DNA of 64,000 nt, taken from Octopus sinensis. Taxonomy: Eukaryota. This document shows, piece after piece, positions 40,850 to 53,902 of this stretch. Under the pieces are notes generated by a model. That model was not told where the DNA came from. It saw only the letters and a program-made list of their open reading frames with translations, and did no database searches. Positions within the stretch are counted from its first letter, which is position 1; the number at the start of each line of letters is the position of its first letter. Made by a program: the position numbers and the translations under genes. Where the stretch lies: positions 139,252,001-139,316,000 of the forward strand of contig NC_043000.1 in assembly GCF_006345805.1 (NCBI RefSeq), written 5' to 3'.

Positions 40850-41260
40850 AGAGGTGCAATGGCCCAATGGTTAAGGCAGCGGACTCGCGGTCGGAGGATT
40901 GCGGTTTTGATTCCCAGACCGAGCGTTGTGCGTGTTTATTGAGCGAAAACACCTAAAGCTCCATGCGGCTCCAGCAGGGGGGTGGGGTGGCGACCACTGT
41001 TGTACTCTTTCACTCCAACTTTCTCTCACTCTTTCTTCCTGTTTCTTGTCCCCGACTTCCTATGCAACCGCTGAGCCTGGATGCACATTCATCCATCCGT
41101 CGATGCTCTCGGTGTTGGGGGTTGACCTGCTTTCTCTTCTGCAGGTCTTACGAATAGCAGAGGACCACGTTTCGAACTTCTCCCATCTTGCGAGCTCTGG
41201 GACGAAGACCGTTCACTCAACAGCAACAGCAACAACAGCAACAACGGTAGTAGCAGCAGC
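40850..41260 (+). mobile_element. tRNA-derived SINE family C with (CAA/CAG)n tail
   Basis: ggcccaatggttaaggcagcggactcgcgg...gcggttttgattccc tRNA-like head (Arg-like); simple-repeat tail. Confidence 0.75.
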
Positions 41261-41830
41261 AGTAGTAGTTGTAGATATAATAGTAGTAGTAATAATTGTA
41301 TAAACAATGAAAAACAAATGTAGAGTTTTTGTGGAATGGATTTGTGATCAGAATCATCACAATCTTCATATTTATGGACATCATTATAATCTTCATCACC
41401 AAAACCACTGCCACTACAGTAACCACCCCCAGCTCCAGCAACACCATCACCACCATCATCATTACAATCATCATCATCATGGACATCATCAATATGATTT
41501 TACATCAAAGTTTAGTAGTAAGAACCACATCTTATCAGTGAGGTTCTTAGTACTTAACTTTGACATATATTTCCTTTAGTATGATGGAAAACACACAGAA
41601 AACTAATGTAACAGAATGACGGAGAGATACGATAATACATAATATAAGAGTGAGGATGTGTATGATCGTGTGTACTTGTGTGTGTATGTACATGTATATG
41701 TGTGTGTGTGTGTTTGTATGTGTGTATGTGTTTGATTATACACACACATGTACATATATAAATGTTTATATATACAAATATATATATAAATAAACGCACA
41801 TATATATATATGTATACATATACATGTGTG

Positions 41831-41862
<32 letters not shown>

Positions 41863-41998
41863 CATATGTATATGTATATATGTGTATATGTATCTTTATA
41901 TATGTATATACGTATATATATATATGTATATGTATAAATATATATATAATAGAAATATATATATGCATACATACATACATATATATGTATATATATTT

Positions 41999-42116
<118 letters not shown>

Positions 42117-42763
42117 TGTATGTATGTATGTATGAATGTATGTATATACAGGCACACATACTTATATACATATTCTTCTCAGATGCCAACGCAGATTGAA
42201 GTATTCAAAAGTTAAATACATTTGATTAAAAATAAATAGGCCTAAAATAAATAAGACTCATAGATCATGTTTTAATGACAAAGAGATTATTTATATATTA
42301 TGAACGGTTTATTACATATACTTATTTCGGAAGCTGTGATACTGAAACTGAACTCTGAGGGTACGTTAGACTTACTTTCACCAATCAGAAAAATCACACT
42401 GCTTGTTATCTATTTGCATCACGACAGCTGCGTGATGTGTGAATTTTCATTTGCATTTTCGTTAATTGCAGGTTTGTTTTTGTTTGTTGTTGTTTTTCTT
42501 GCTGACATTTTTTTTTCCACTTTGTTTCAACATTGTCTCCTCAAAACGGAACAATATCATAAGTAAAGGATCAAGAAATAATGCTATACTCTTGTAAACC
42601 TTTCTATGGAAGCATGTTCAAGTAATCATGCTTGCCTTTTCTTTAAGTATTGTAATTTCTTGAAACGTATTTACTTTTGGATCTGTCATTTTGCCAATGG
42701 ATTACTTTTGTAATTGACGCTGCTAACATCCTGAGAATGTAAAATAGTTACATGAATATATTT

Positions 42764-43154
42764 AGGCGTAGGAGTGGCTGTGTGGTAAGTAGCTTGCTTA
42801 TGAACCACTTGGTTCCGGGTTCGTTTCCACTGCATGGTACCTTGGGCAAGTGTCTTCTACTATAGCCTCAGGTCAACCAAAGCCTTGTGAGTAGATTTGG
42901 TAGATGGAAACTGAAAGAAGCCCGTCGTATATATGTATATATATGTGTGTGTGTATATGTTTGTGTGTCTGTGTTTGTCCCCACCCCCAACATCACTTAG
43001 TATGTTTACATTGCCGTAACCTAGCGGTTCGGCAAAAGAGACTAATAGAATATGTACTAGGCTTACAAAGAATAAGTCCTGGGGTCGATTTGCTTAACTA
43101 AATGCGGTGCTCCAGTATGGCAACAGTCAAATGACTGAAATTAGTAAAAGAGTA
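42764..43154 (+). mobile_element. SINE family A, full length
   Basis: Complete copy. Confidence 0.9.
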
Positions 43155-43159
43155 ATGTT

Positions 43160-43192
<33 letters not shown>

Positions 43193-43692
43193 TATCATGC
43201 TAGTTGTAAACGAGAGCCACTGGTATGCAAGCAGTGTCCTTCATTGCTAGTTTCTTGTGAAAACATATCTAGTCATGAGGAAATATTACATTACTTGGTG
43301 GCACAAAGGGCATTTCTCTTTAGAAAATAAGTGAAATTGGTCCAACCCATGCAAGAATAGAAAAACGGTCATTAAAATGATAAGGAAGAAGAGAAAGAGG
43401 TGGAGGATAATGATGCTGTGATACATCATCATTTTGCTTCTTCTTTCCATGCTGGCATCTGTTGGAGAGATCATCATGGTCTGTGTCGCTCCACATTTGG
43501 GTGAATTATTCGCATAGATGGATCAGGGAACCTCATCTGGCTGACAGTTCATTTGTAAGATGTGTAAGAGAAAAGGGGCAAGAGTATGCAGGAAGACTGA
43601 GTGACGCAGTATAACAGGTAATATAGGAGGGTGGGTTGCATCACCTAATGATACTTTTATTTATAAGACATGAGTGTCTTATTTTAAGGATC

Positions 43693-43950
43693 ATCATCAT
43701 CATCATCATTTAACATCCGCTTTCCATGCTAGCATGAGTTAGACGATTTGACTGAGGACTGGCGAATCAGATGGCTGCACCAGGCTCCAATCTGATCTGG
43801 CAGAGTTTCTACAGCTGGATGCCCTTCCTAATGCCAACCCCTCCGAGAGTGTAGTGGGTGCTTTTACATGCCACCGGCACAGAAGCCAGACAGCTGTTCT
43901 GGCAGTGATCCCACTCGGATGGAGCTGTTAGCGCTCCACTGGCATGAGTG
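43693..43950 (-). mobile_element. RTE 3' terminal fragment
   Basis: Family tail and 3' motif. Confidence 0.85.
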
Positions 43951-44836
43951 CCTATTTGGTTATTATTTCTAACAGGTCAAGCAACCACATATGCTTCTTC
44001 TTTGGGTCATAATATAGGTTGTTGTTGTTGTTATTGAGTTTGCTGATGCTGCTCTTTGACATTAAAGAACCTTTGATGGAGGATTCTTATGAGCAAAGAC
44101 ATTCCAGCTTTGAAAATACTGTCTCCATTAGAGCTACCTATACCAGTATTATCTAATGTGTCTTTCTCATATTAAAAATATTAGCATATTATCTGACAGA
44201 TAATCCACTGCTATTTCTAGCTGTTTCAGTAACATTGTAGGAGGCGCCCTGGTCGGCTCATTTTTCAATATATATACTATTTACAGACATATGCATTATA
44301 GAAACTGATAAACATTACAAGAATGAGTAAAGAATTATTTATGGTACAATAGGTTTTCCAAGGAATTGTCACTAAAGATGTGTTGAAAGAGCACAGAAAT
44401 ACCACTACAAATGACTCCACTACAGCTACAGAAGAAATCAAAAATCATATTCAGATTATTGAGATTGGTTTTTAAAATTGTTTTTGTTTATTTTGCAATA
44501 TTGTTTGGAATGTAGAGTAAGAATTGGGAATCTCAGTCCTACTGACAACATTCAATTACAAACTAAGAATATTTAGGAATGGTATTCAATAGATTAATCT
44601 ATTTCATAGACAATATAAATAAGAATCTAAAAATGACAGCTTTCTCAGATCTTATTATAAAATCTGTAATTTCAAAATTAGATTTAAGCATTTATACATA
44701 TAGATATTTATAGGATTGTGACTTTGTGTGTGTATGAGAGAGAAAGAGGGAGACTGCCTTTATGTATGAATATATGTATGTGCATATATATATATATATT
44801 TGAAAATATATGTGTGTGTGTATGTACATACATACA

Positions 44837-44946
<110 letters not shown>

Positions 44947-45357
44947 ATCACAATTGTCATTTAACCTCCACTTTTCCAAGGTTTCATAGGTCAGATGGAA
45001 TTTATTGAGATAGCTTTCCAGTGACCAGATATCTTTTCTGTCACCAACATTCTTGTGTTTCCAAGAAAGGTAATATTTCTCCAAGACTGGAAACAAACAT
45101 TGCTTATGTCATAGTGATGCTTGAATACAACTGTCATATGATGTCAAGACATGGGTACACACACACATACACACATGGTACAATCACCCACCCACTCTCA
45201 TACCAACATACACATGGGCTTCTTTCAGTTTCCACTACTAAATCCATTTGCAAAACTTTGGTTGGTTTGGAGCTGCAGCAGAAGACACTTACCCTAGGTA
45301 AAGTGAAACTTAATATGAGAGTACATGCTTGATAGCAAGCTTTTTAGCTACACATTC

Positions 45358-45398
<41 letters not shown>

Positions 45399-46270
45399 TC
45401 AGACCAATAGAGGGAGAGAGAGACACACACACACAGGCACAGACATGCTTATATGGAAAGAGGTTTGCTCCCCAACCACACGGTTCCGGATACTATCCCA
45501 CTGCATGGGCACTTTGGGGAAGTGTCTTATATTACAACCTTGGGCTATATATGTGTGTGTGTGTGTGTCATTGTGTTTGTTCCCCCACCATTGCTTGACA
45601 ACCAGTGTTGTTATGCTTATGTTTCCTGCTTGGCAAGAAAGGCCTATAGAATAAATGCCAGGGTTTGAAAATAAGTACTGAGTTTAGATCCTTCAACTAC
45701 TATTCTTCAAAGCAGTGTTCTGGCTTGAAACAATTAAACGAAAAAGAAAAAAGATTAAAAAATACAAACATATATATATATATTTATGTGAAATATCAGT
45801 CTCAAATAAAACTCTGTTCAATTTTGTGACTCAACATTTTCTATCTGACTGTTGGATGTCTGAAGATTGAAGTTTATTGCACAGCATAATGAGGCCCAAT
45901 AGAGAATACGGAATGGATTTACAAACCTACAGAGCTATGAAACTGTAAACATAGAAATGCAAAACTATTTATATGCTTGTAGATTAGAATGCGTATTTAT
46001 CTTTTAAATGTATTATGCTCACTGAATATACACAGGTGTATATATATACTTGGTGGTGCTATTAAGTTAGACATGGCCTGGGCCAATAATGGCCGAAACC
46101 TATCAAAGTATCAAAGTATCAAAGTATACTTGTATATGAATATATATATATATATATATATATATGGGCAATGTGTGTGTATATACACAAACACACACAC
46201 ATATATATATACATACACACATATATATATACACACATGCATATACACACATATATATACATATATAGTT

Positions 46271-46330
<60 letters not shown>

Positions 46331-47342
46331 ATGCACACACATAGGTATATGCATGATATAGATTTATTTATATGTAATCATGAGAGAAGATATACTTATG
46401 AAAATTTTCTGAGCCCATTGGTCCTTAACTATGTAATTTAGGAAATTTGAAGGCAAATCTCTTTCGAATGTAACTCTAGCAAGAGGCATCCTTTTTTGTA
46501 TATTATTTTCTACATTCAAATAATATTAGTGGCATATTGAAAAACCCTGAGGCACCACCCTCGTTCCTCTTCAATTGTCTTATATCTCTTTCGATCGCCA
46601 TTCGGCTCCCCTTCTCCGCCACCCTATATGCATATAAACCAGCGACTGTTTTTAACGGCCTCACTTGAATTCAAACTGTTATCCGACTCCATACGAAAAA
46701 TACGAAATACGAAAAATGAATCCAAGCTAAGCAATCTATATTTAATTTCAACCCGTGTACCTACTTAACTATCTGCAACTGATCTGATCTTTTAGTTAGC
46801 CTTGTTTTATCTCTATTAGTATTATTGTTATGACTTGTGAAATTTAGCCTCACGCCTTGTGTCTTTTTCTTTATATGTACATATAATCCTATAGTTCATC
46901 TTAATTATATATCGTTGTCTCATGTCTTGTGTTAAATATATATTTAATCTTAAAGCTTGCCCCTAATTTTATTTTATCGATCAGTCTCACGCCTCGTAGA
47001 TATAGAATAAATGTATTTATAATTTATAGCTCTTTATCGTTCACGCTTCTCCCATAGATTAGGCAAAATTTAGGTATTTTTAGATACTAATAACTATTTC
47101 TCTCCCAAGGAAGGAAGAATGGCTGCCGGCCGGTTTTCGCGGTGCACCCGCCCTCCCACTCCCACCCCAACCCCACCCCCACCACCGGTACAGGAAGTCC
47201 TAAATTTTCTCATCCTTGTCTCCCTTATACACTTCAAAGTCTTACGCCACCCCACCTCCTTCCATAACAGGTAGTGGTCAGTCATTGCAAGATATGTTTA
47301 GTGTTGTGTACGAGGTTTGAACTTAAGTTCTATTGTTTGTCT

Positions 47343-50300
47343 ATGAATACTGCCAAACGCGAGTTCTCTTTTCAGGTCCATGACGCTATTAGGACCAATA
47401 CCACTTCCACCCCCACCCACAGCCTCAGGGTTGGCACCCTCAACGTTGGCACACTGAAAGGCAGATCTGGCGAGATAGTTGAATTGCTTGAACGGAGGTG
47501 GGTTGATATATGCTGCATTCAAGAAGTGAGGTGGAGAGGAGGTTCTGCTAGGTTCCTCACAGGCAAAGGACAGAGGTACAAGATTTTCTGGGCTGGGAAT
47601 ACTGACGGAGTCGGGGGGTGGGCATGCTTATCGCCGAAAAATGGGTAGATAAGGTAATCGAGGTAGTCAGAGTAAGTGACAGAATAATTAAGATTAGATT
47701 AGTGCTCCATCATAGTTTAGCAACTATTATATCGGCCTATGCCCCTCAGCCAGGGCTACCTGATGGACAGAAAGACTGTTTCTATGACACCCTACTGCAG
47801 ACCACATCATTGACGAACGACAGGGACCTTCTCTTTGTGGCTGGTGACTTCAATGGGCATGTTGGACGATGTGCTGGGGGCTTCCATGGCGTGCATGGAG
47901 GCTATGGTTATGGTTCCCGCAACGAGGAGGGAACCAGGCTGCTGGAGTTCTGCGATGCGAATAGTCTTATGATTTGCAACACTAACTTCAGGAAACCGAC
48001 AAGCCACCTGGTCACCTACCGATCGGGCCGGCATACTAGCCAAATCGACTACATCCTTGCCAGAAAAAGGAAAGATGGCTGCTTATAAATGCCAAAACCT
48101 TCCCAGGTGAAGAATGCACCCCACAACATAGACTGGTAGTTAGTGACTTTAGGATCAGGACTAAGAGGGCGACTAGAAGACGACCAACATGGAGAAGAAG
48201 GGTCTGGAAGCTTAAAGACCCTGTGAATGGACAGAGATTTAGAGATATGTTATTTGAAGCCTTAGACGAAATGGAAGGGAGTATAGCTACGCATGGGGTA
48301 GAAGACAACTGGACGCTCCTGAGGGACAACCTGCTAAAAGCCGCTGACCAGATCTGTGGCTGGTGCAAAGTCCCCTTAAGACCCAAAATAACGTGGTGGT
48401 GGAACAATATTGTTGACAGGGCTATTAGACAAAAGAAACAGGCTTGGAAGGCCTGGAAGAACGGTGGTAGCAGGAAGTGTATCAGTCTGCCAGAAGGAAG
48501 CCAGGAGACAGGTCTATCTAGCCAGAGGGGAGGCAGATAAGGAAAAATTTGCCAATGTCCTGCGTCGTGAGGATGAAAGACTTGAGGTATTTCGTGTTGC
48601 AAGACAGTGTGTGAGAGAGAATCGTGACGTGGTAGGAGAGAAATGTGTTCGCAAGGATGACGGTTCACTTGCGCTTAATGAGGATGCAAAGAGAGAGGCT
48701 TGGAGACGCCACTATGATAGGTTGCTGAATGAAGAAAATGAATGGGATAAAGAGAGTCTGCCGAATGTCGACCCAACAGAGGGACCAGCAATCCGAGTTA
48801 ACAGTTCCTTAGTAGATAAGGCAATTAGAAGCATGAAAACAGGAAAGCCCCAGGCCCATCAGGAATTACTGCAGAGATGCTCAAAATATCTGGTGGTGTC
48901 GGCTATAGCTTAGTCACCCGTATAGTTAACCAGGTGATACACGAGGGGGTCATACCCAATGACTGGTGTAGCAGCATAATAATCAACTGCTACAAAGGTA
49001 AAGGCGACGCCCTAGAGACAAATAACTACAGGGGCATCAAGCTGCTGGATCAGGTAATGAAGGTTACGGAGAGGGTTATAGCCCAACTAATTAGAGAGAG
49101 AGTTAGCTTAGATGATATGCAGTTTGGGTTCGTGCCAGGGAAGAGTACTACTGATGCTATATTCCTGGTAAGACAGCTGCAGGAGAAATACCTAGCCAAA
49201 GATAAGCCCTTGTACCTGGCTTTTGTTGACTTGGGAAAGCCTTTGACAGGGTCCCCCGATCCCTTATCTGGTGGTCAATGAGGAAACTAGGGATAGAAGA
49301 ATGGTTTGTGAGAGCTGTGCAAGCCATGTACAGAGACGCTGCTAGTAAGGTGAGGGTTGGCAACGAGTACAGTGAAGAATTCCGGGTAGAGGTTGGGGTC
49401 CACCAAGGTTCAGTCCTCAGTCCCCTCCTATTTATCATAGTCCTCCAGGCAATAACGGAGGAATTCAAGACAGGTTGCCCCTGGGAGCTCCTCTATGCTG
49501 ATGACCTTGCTCTAATTGCTGAGTCACTATCAGAACTGGAGGAGAAGTTTCAGGTGTGGAAACAAGGATTAGAATCGAAGGGCCTTAGAATCAACCTAGC
49601 CAAAACCAAAGTCCTGATAAGTAGGAAGGTAGATCAATCACATACGCCTTCAGGTAGATGGCCCTGCTCGATCTGTAAAAAAGGTGTAGGTAGAAACTCT
49701 ATAAGATGCACCAAGTGTAAGCTATGGACACATAAGAGGTGCAGCAATGTCAAAGGAAGGCTAACTAGGAAAATAGTTTTTGTCTGTGGCAAATGCTCAG
49801 GAGCAATAAACACTGGAAATGTGCAGAGACCAACTTCTGCCACGTTCCAGGGAGACAAACTAGAAGTAGTTGATAGCTTCCGCTACCTAGGAGACCAAGT
49901 CAGTAGCGGGGGCGGGTGTGCTGAAAGTGTAACTGCTAGAGTAAGAATAGCCTGGGCAAAGTTTAGAGAGCTCTTACCCCTGCTGGTGACAAAAGGCCTC
50001 TCGCTCAGAGTAAAAGGCAGACTGTATGATGCATGTGTACGTACAGCCATGCTACATGGTAGTGAAACATGGGCCGTGACTGCTGAGGATATGCGTAAGC
50101 TCGCAAGAAATGAAGCCAGTATGCTCCGATGGATGTGTAATGTCAGTGTTCATAATCGTCAGAGTGTAAGTTCCTTGAGAGAAAAGTTGAACCTAAGAAG
50201 CGTCAGTTGTGGTGTGCAAGAGAGACGTTTGCGCTGGTATGGTCATGTGATGAGAATGGCTGAAGATAGTTGTGTGCAAAAGTGCTACACCCTAGCAGTT

Positions 50301-50483
50301 GAGGGAACCTGTGGAAGAGGTAGACCCAGGAAAACCTGGGATGAGGTGGTGAAGCACGACCTTCGAACTTTAGGTCTCACTAAGGAAATGTCTAGAGACC
50401 GAGACCTATGGAAGTATGCTGTGCGTGAGAAGACCCGGCAAGACTGGTCAGGCCATGGCCCATGGCCCCTACCTGGGACATAG
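47343..50483 (+). pseudogene. RTE polyprotein (APE endonuclease, RT with internal PHD finger), six 1-bp deletions as assembled
   Basis: TLNVGTL, CIQEVRW, GDFNGHVG, QIDYIL, YRGIKL, QFGF, HQGSVLSP, YADD, FRYLG, LHGSETW, RRLRWYGHV, GRGRPRKTW. Adding six bases gives 3147 nt = 1048 aa + stop. Confidence 0.92.
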
Positions 50484-52810
50484 TCAGTCCTCCTGTGCAT
50501 ACCTTCCTTCTTGTGACACTTCCTTCTTGTGACACTTATGAAGACCTGTTGAGGCAAGTGAAAATCAAATCAGGACAAATCAAAATAGATGAACATCAGT
50601 GGAATTGTATTCTTTGTGGTACCAGTGCCGGTGGCACACAAGAAAACCACCCAAACGTGGCCGTAGCCAGTACCGCATCGACTGGCCTCCGTGCTGTGGG
50701 CACAACAAACACCATCCGATCGTGGCCGTTCGCCAGCCTCATCTGGCACCTGTGTCGGTGGCACATAAAGACACCATCCGAAGACCCGGCGACGTAGTCA
50801 GTCCACCTGTGCATACCTTCCCTTTATGACACTTGTGAAGACCTGTTGAGGCAAGTGTGTGACACTTGTGAAGACCTGTTGAGGCAGAGGCAAGTGTGTG
50901 ACACTGGTGGAGACCTGTTGAGGCAAGTGTGTGACACTGGTGGAGACCTGTTGAGGCAAGTGTGTGACACTTGTGAAGACCTGTTGAGGCAAGTGAAAAT
51001 CAAAATCAAACCAAATCAAAATAGATGAACATCAATGGAATTTGTGTCTTTGTGGTTCCAGTACCGGTGGCACACAAGAAAACCATCCGAACGTGGCCGT
51101 AGCCAGTACCGCATCGACTGGCCTCCGTGCTGTGGGCACAACACACACCATCCGATCATGGCCGTTCGCCAGCCTCGTCTGGCGCCTGTGTCGGTGGCAC
51201 ATAAAGACACCATCCGAAGACCCGGCGATGTAGTCGTCCACCTGTGCATACCTTCCCTCTTATGACACTTGTGAAGACCTGTTGAGGCAAGTGTGTGACA
51301 CTTGTGAAGACCTGTTGAGGCAGAGGCAAGTGTGTGACACTTGTGGAGACCTGTTGAGGCAAGTGGTGACACTTGTGAAGACCTGTTGAGGCAAGTGAAA
51401 ATCAAATCAATCCAAATCAAAATAGATGAACATCAATGGAATTTGTATCTTTGTGGTTCCAGTACCGGTGGCACACAAGAAAACCATCCGAACGTGGCCG
51501 TAGCCAGTACCGCATCGACTGGCCTCCGTGCTGTGGGCACAACAAACACCATCTGATCGTGGCCGTTCGCCAGCCTCATCTGGCACCTGTGTCGGTGGCA
51601 CATAAAAACACCATCCGAAGACCCGGCGACGTAGTCAGTCCACCTATGCATACTTACCTACTTATGACACTTGTGAAGACCTGTTGAGGCAAGTGTGTGA
51701 CACCTACTTATGACACTTGTGAAGACCTGTTGAGGCAAGTGTGTGACAATTGTGTAGACCTGTTGAGGCAAGTGAAAATCAAATCAAACCAAATCAAACC
51801 AAATCAAAATAGATGAACATCAATGGAATTTGTATCTTTGTGGTACCAGTACCGTTGGCACACAAGATAACCATCCGAACGTGGCCGTAGCCAGTACCGC
51901 ATCGACTGGCCTATGTGACGTGGGCACATAACAAACACCATCCGATCGTGGCCGTTCGCCAGCCTCATCTGGCACCTGTGTCGGTGGCACATAAAAACAC
52001 CAACCGAAGACCCGGCAAGACTAGTCAGGCCATAACCGTGGCCCCTACTTGGGACGTAGTCAGTCCCCTGTGCATACCTTCCTTCCTTCCTGTGACACTT
52101 GTGAAGACCTGTGAAGACCTGTTGAGGCAAGTGAAAATCAAATCAAATCAAATCAAAATGGATGAACATCAATGGAATTTGTATCTTTGTGGTACCAGTG
52201 CCGGTGGCACACAAGAAAACCATCCGAACGTGGCCGTAGCCAGTACCGCATCGACTGGCCTCCGTGCTGTGGGCACGTAACAAACACCATCCGATCGTGG
52301 CCGTTCGCCAGCCTCATCTGGCACCTGTGTCGGTGGCACATAAAAACACCATCCGAAGACCCGGCAAGACTAGTCAGGCCATAACCCGTGGCCCCTACCT
52401 GGGACGTAGTCAGTCCACCTGTGCATACCTTCCTTCTTGTGACACTTGTGAAGACCTGTTGAGGCAAGTGAAAATCAAATCAAAACAAATCAAAATAGAT
52501 GAACATCAATGGAATTTGTATCTTTGTGGTACCAGTGCCGGTGGCACACAAGAAAATCATCCGAACGTGGCCGTAGCCAGTACCGCATAGACTGGCCTCC
52601 GTGCTTTGGGGACGTAACAAACACCATCCGATCGTGGCCGTCCGCCAGCCTCATCTGGCACCTGTGTCGGTGGCACATAAAAACACCATCCGAGCGTGGC
52701 CGTCTGCCAGCCTCGTCTGGCACCTGTGTCGGTGGCACATAAAAACACCATCCGAGCGTGGCCGTTCGCCAGCCTCGTCTGGCACCTGTGTCGGTGGCAC
52801 ATAAAATCAC
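50428..52810 (+). repeat. Six-unit (337-435 bp spacing) hierarchical tandem array forming the RTE 3' UTR
   Basis: Marker gtgaaaatc at 50558, 50993, 51395, 51772, 52131, 52468; nested 33-bp and ~62-bp subrepeats. Confidence 0.95.
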
Positions 52811-53902
52811 CCACTACACTCTCGGAGTGGTTGGCGTTAGGAAGGGCATCCAGCTGTAGAAACACTGCCAGATCTGACTGGCCTGGTGCAGCCTTCGGGC
52901 TCCCCAGACCCCAGTTGAACCGTCCAACCCATGCTAGCATGGAAAACGGACGCTAAATGATGATGATGATGATGATGATGATTCTATATGCTGAAAATAA
53001 TGTGTACTCAGAGTCATTACGTTAAAGACAGTCATATTTATATATTTCAACTAAAATATTCTCTAATGATAGAATGTTATTTCAACTGGATATTCCTCAC
53101 TCGTCTGTTATTGTTTTTATAAATTTTTGACAATATATATATATATATATACACACACATAATGCATTTAAAAGATATATATATATATATATATATATAA
53201 ACCTAAAAATATAGGGTAAAAACCACTTGGTGGATTTTTCCCTTCGTATACAATTTTTATACACACATATAATATATATATGTATTTACCTGTCTGTGTG
53301 TCTAAATATGTGTCTGCATATTTGCATGTATCTATGTGTTGGTTAGTATGCGTGTGTGTGTGGGTGCGTGTGAATGTGTATGGTTAGATTTGCTTATATA
53401 TGATATGTATGTATATTTGTACTTGTGCAAGTCTACATGTGCTTTAATGTATGTATGTGTGTGTGTCTGTGCTTGTGTGTATAAGACACTCATGTCATGT
53501 GTTGTAATGTACATTGTAAACCTTATAGTGAATTTTAAGGGCACGAATTTCACACCCACCCACACACACACACACACGCACATACACACACATTTATATG
53601 TTTTGCCCCTAAATTCATATTAAGCATTGATTTCAAATAATTTCAGATTTTAGTGCCAACTGCTAATATAGGACACATACCGATTATTTCTTTGTGTAAG
53701 CACGTTTGCGGTTCACACTCTACCTGCACATGTGTGTAAATATATGTGTGTATGTGTGCTTGCCTGCATAGCATGTGTATGTGTGTATGTTGTGTTGTAG
53801 TAATTTCTGCTATAATACATTGATGAATATAATTGGGTATTATATTATAAATGAAGCTCTTATAAAAAACATAATTAAGAAACGATTTTTTAATGCACAT
53901 AT

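Larger units (their letters stand above)
47100..52981 (+). mobile_element. Near full-length RTE-clade LINE
   Basis: APE + RT ORF, long structured 3' UTR, TGGCGTTAGGAAGGGCATCCAGCTGTAGAAAC motif, CCATGCTAGCATGG, (GAT)n tail at 52958-52981. The 5' boundary is approximate and no TSD was found. Confidence 0.95.

Noticed and set aside
47110-47200. HDV-like ribozyme at the RTE 5' end
   Set aside because: I could not build the nested pseudoknot by eye; a descriptor search would be needed.
50483-50560. Functional SECIS / selenocysteine readthrough of the RTE ORF
   Set aside because: The stop here is TAG and the hairpin lacks the upper helix and AA loop.
50545-50570. CTGTTGAG...GAAA as a hammerhead core in the RTE UTR
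   Set aside because: No proper stems I-III, and GAAA is not conserved in the 27-kb copies (GACG, GAGG).
50744-50764. Resemblance of TGGCACCTGTGTCGGTG to the Cas9 tracrRNA 3' hairpin
   Set aside because: Short chance similarity between GC hairpins; the motif is explained as an RTE UTR module.
50428-52810. CRISPR-like array
   Set aside because: The sequences between the 33-bp repeats are copies of each other, not unique spacers; no cas genes; eukaryotic LINE context.
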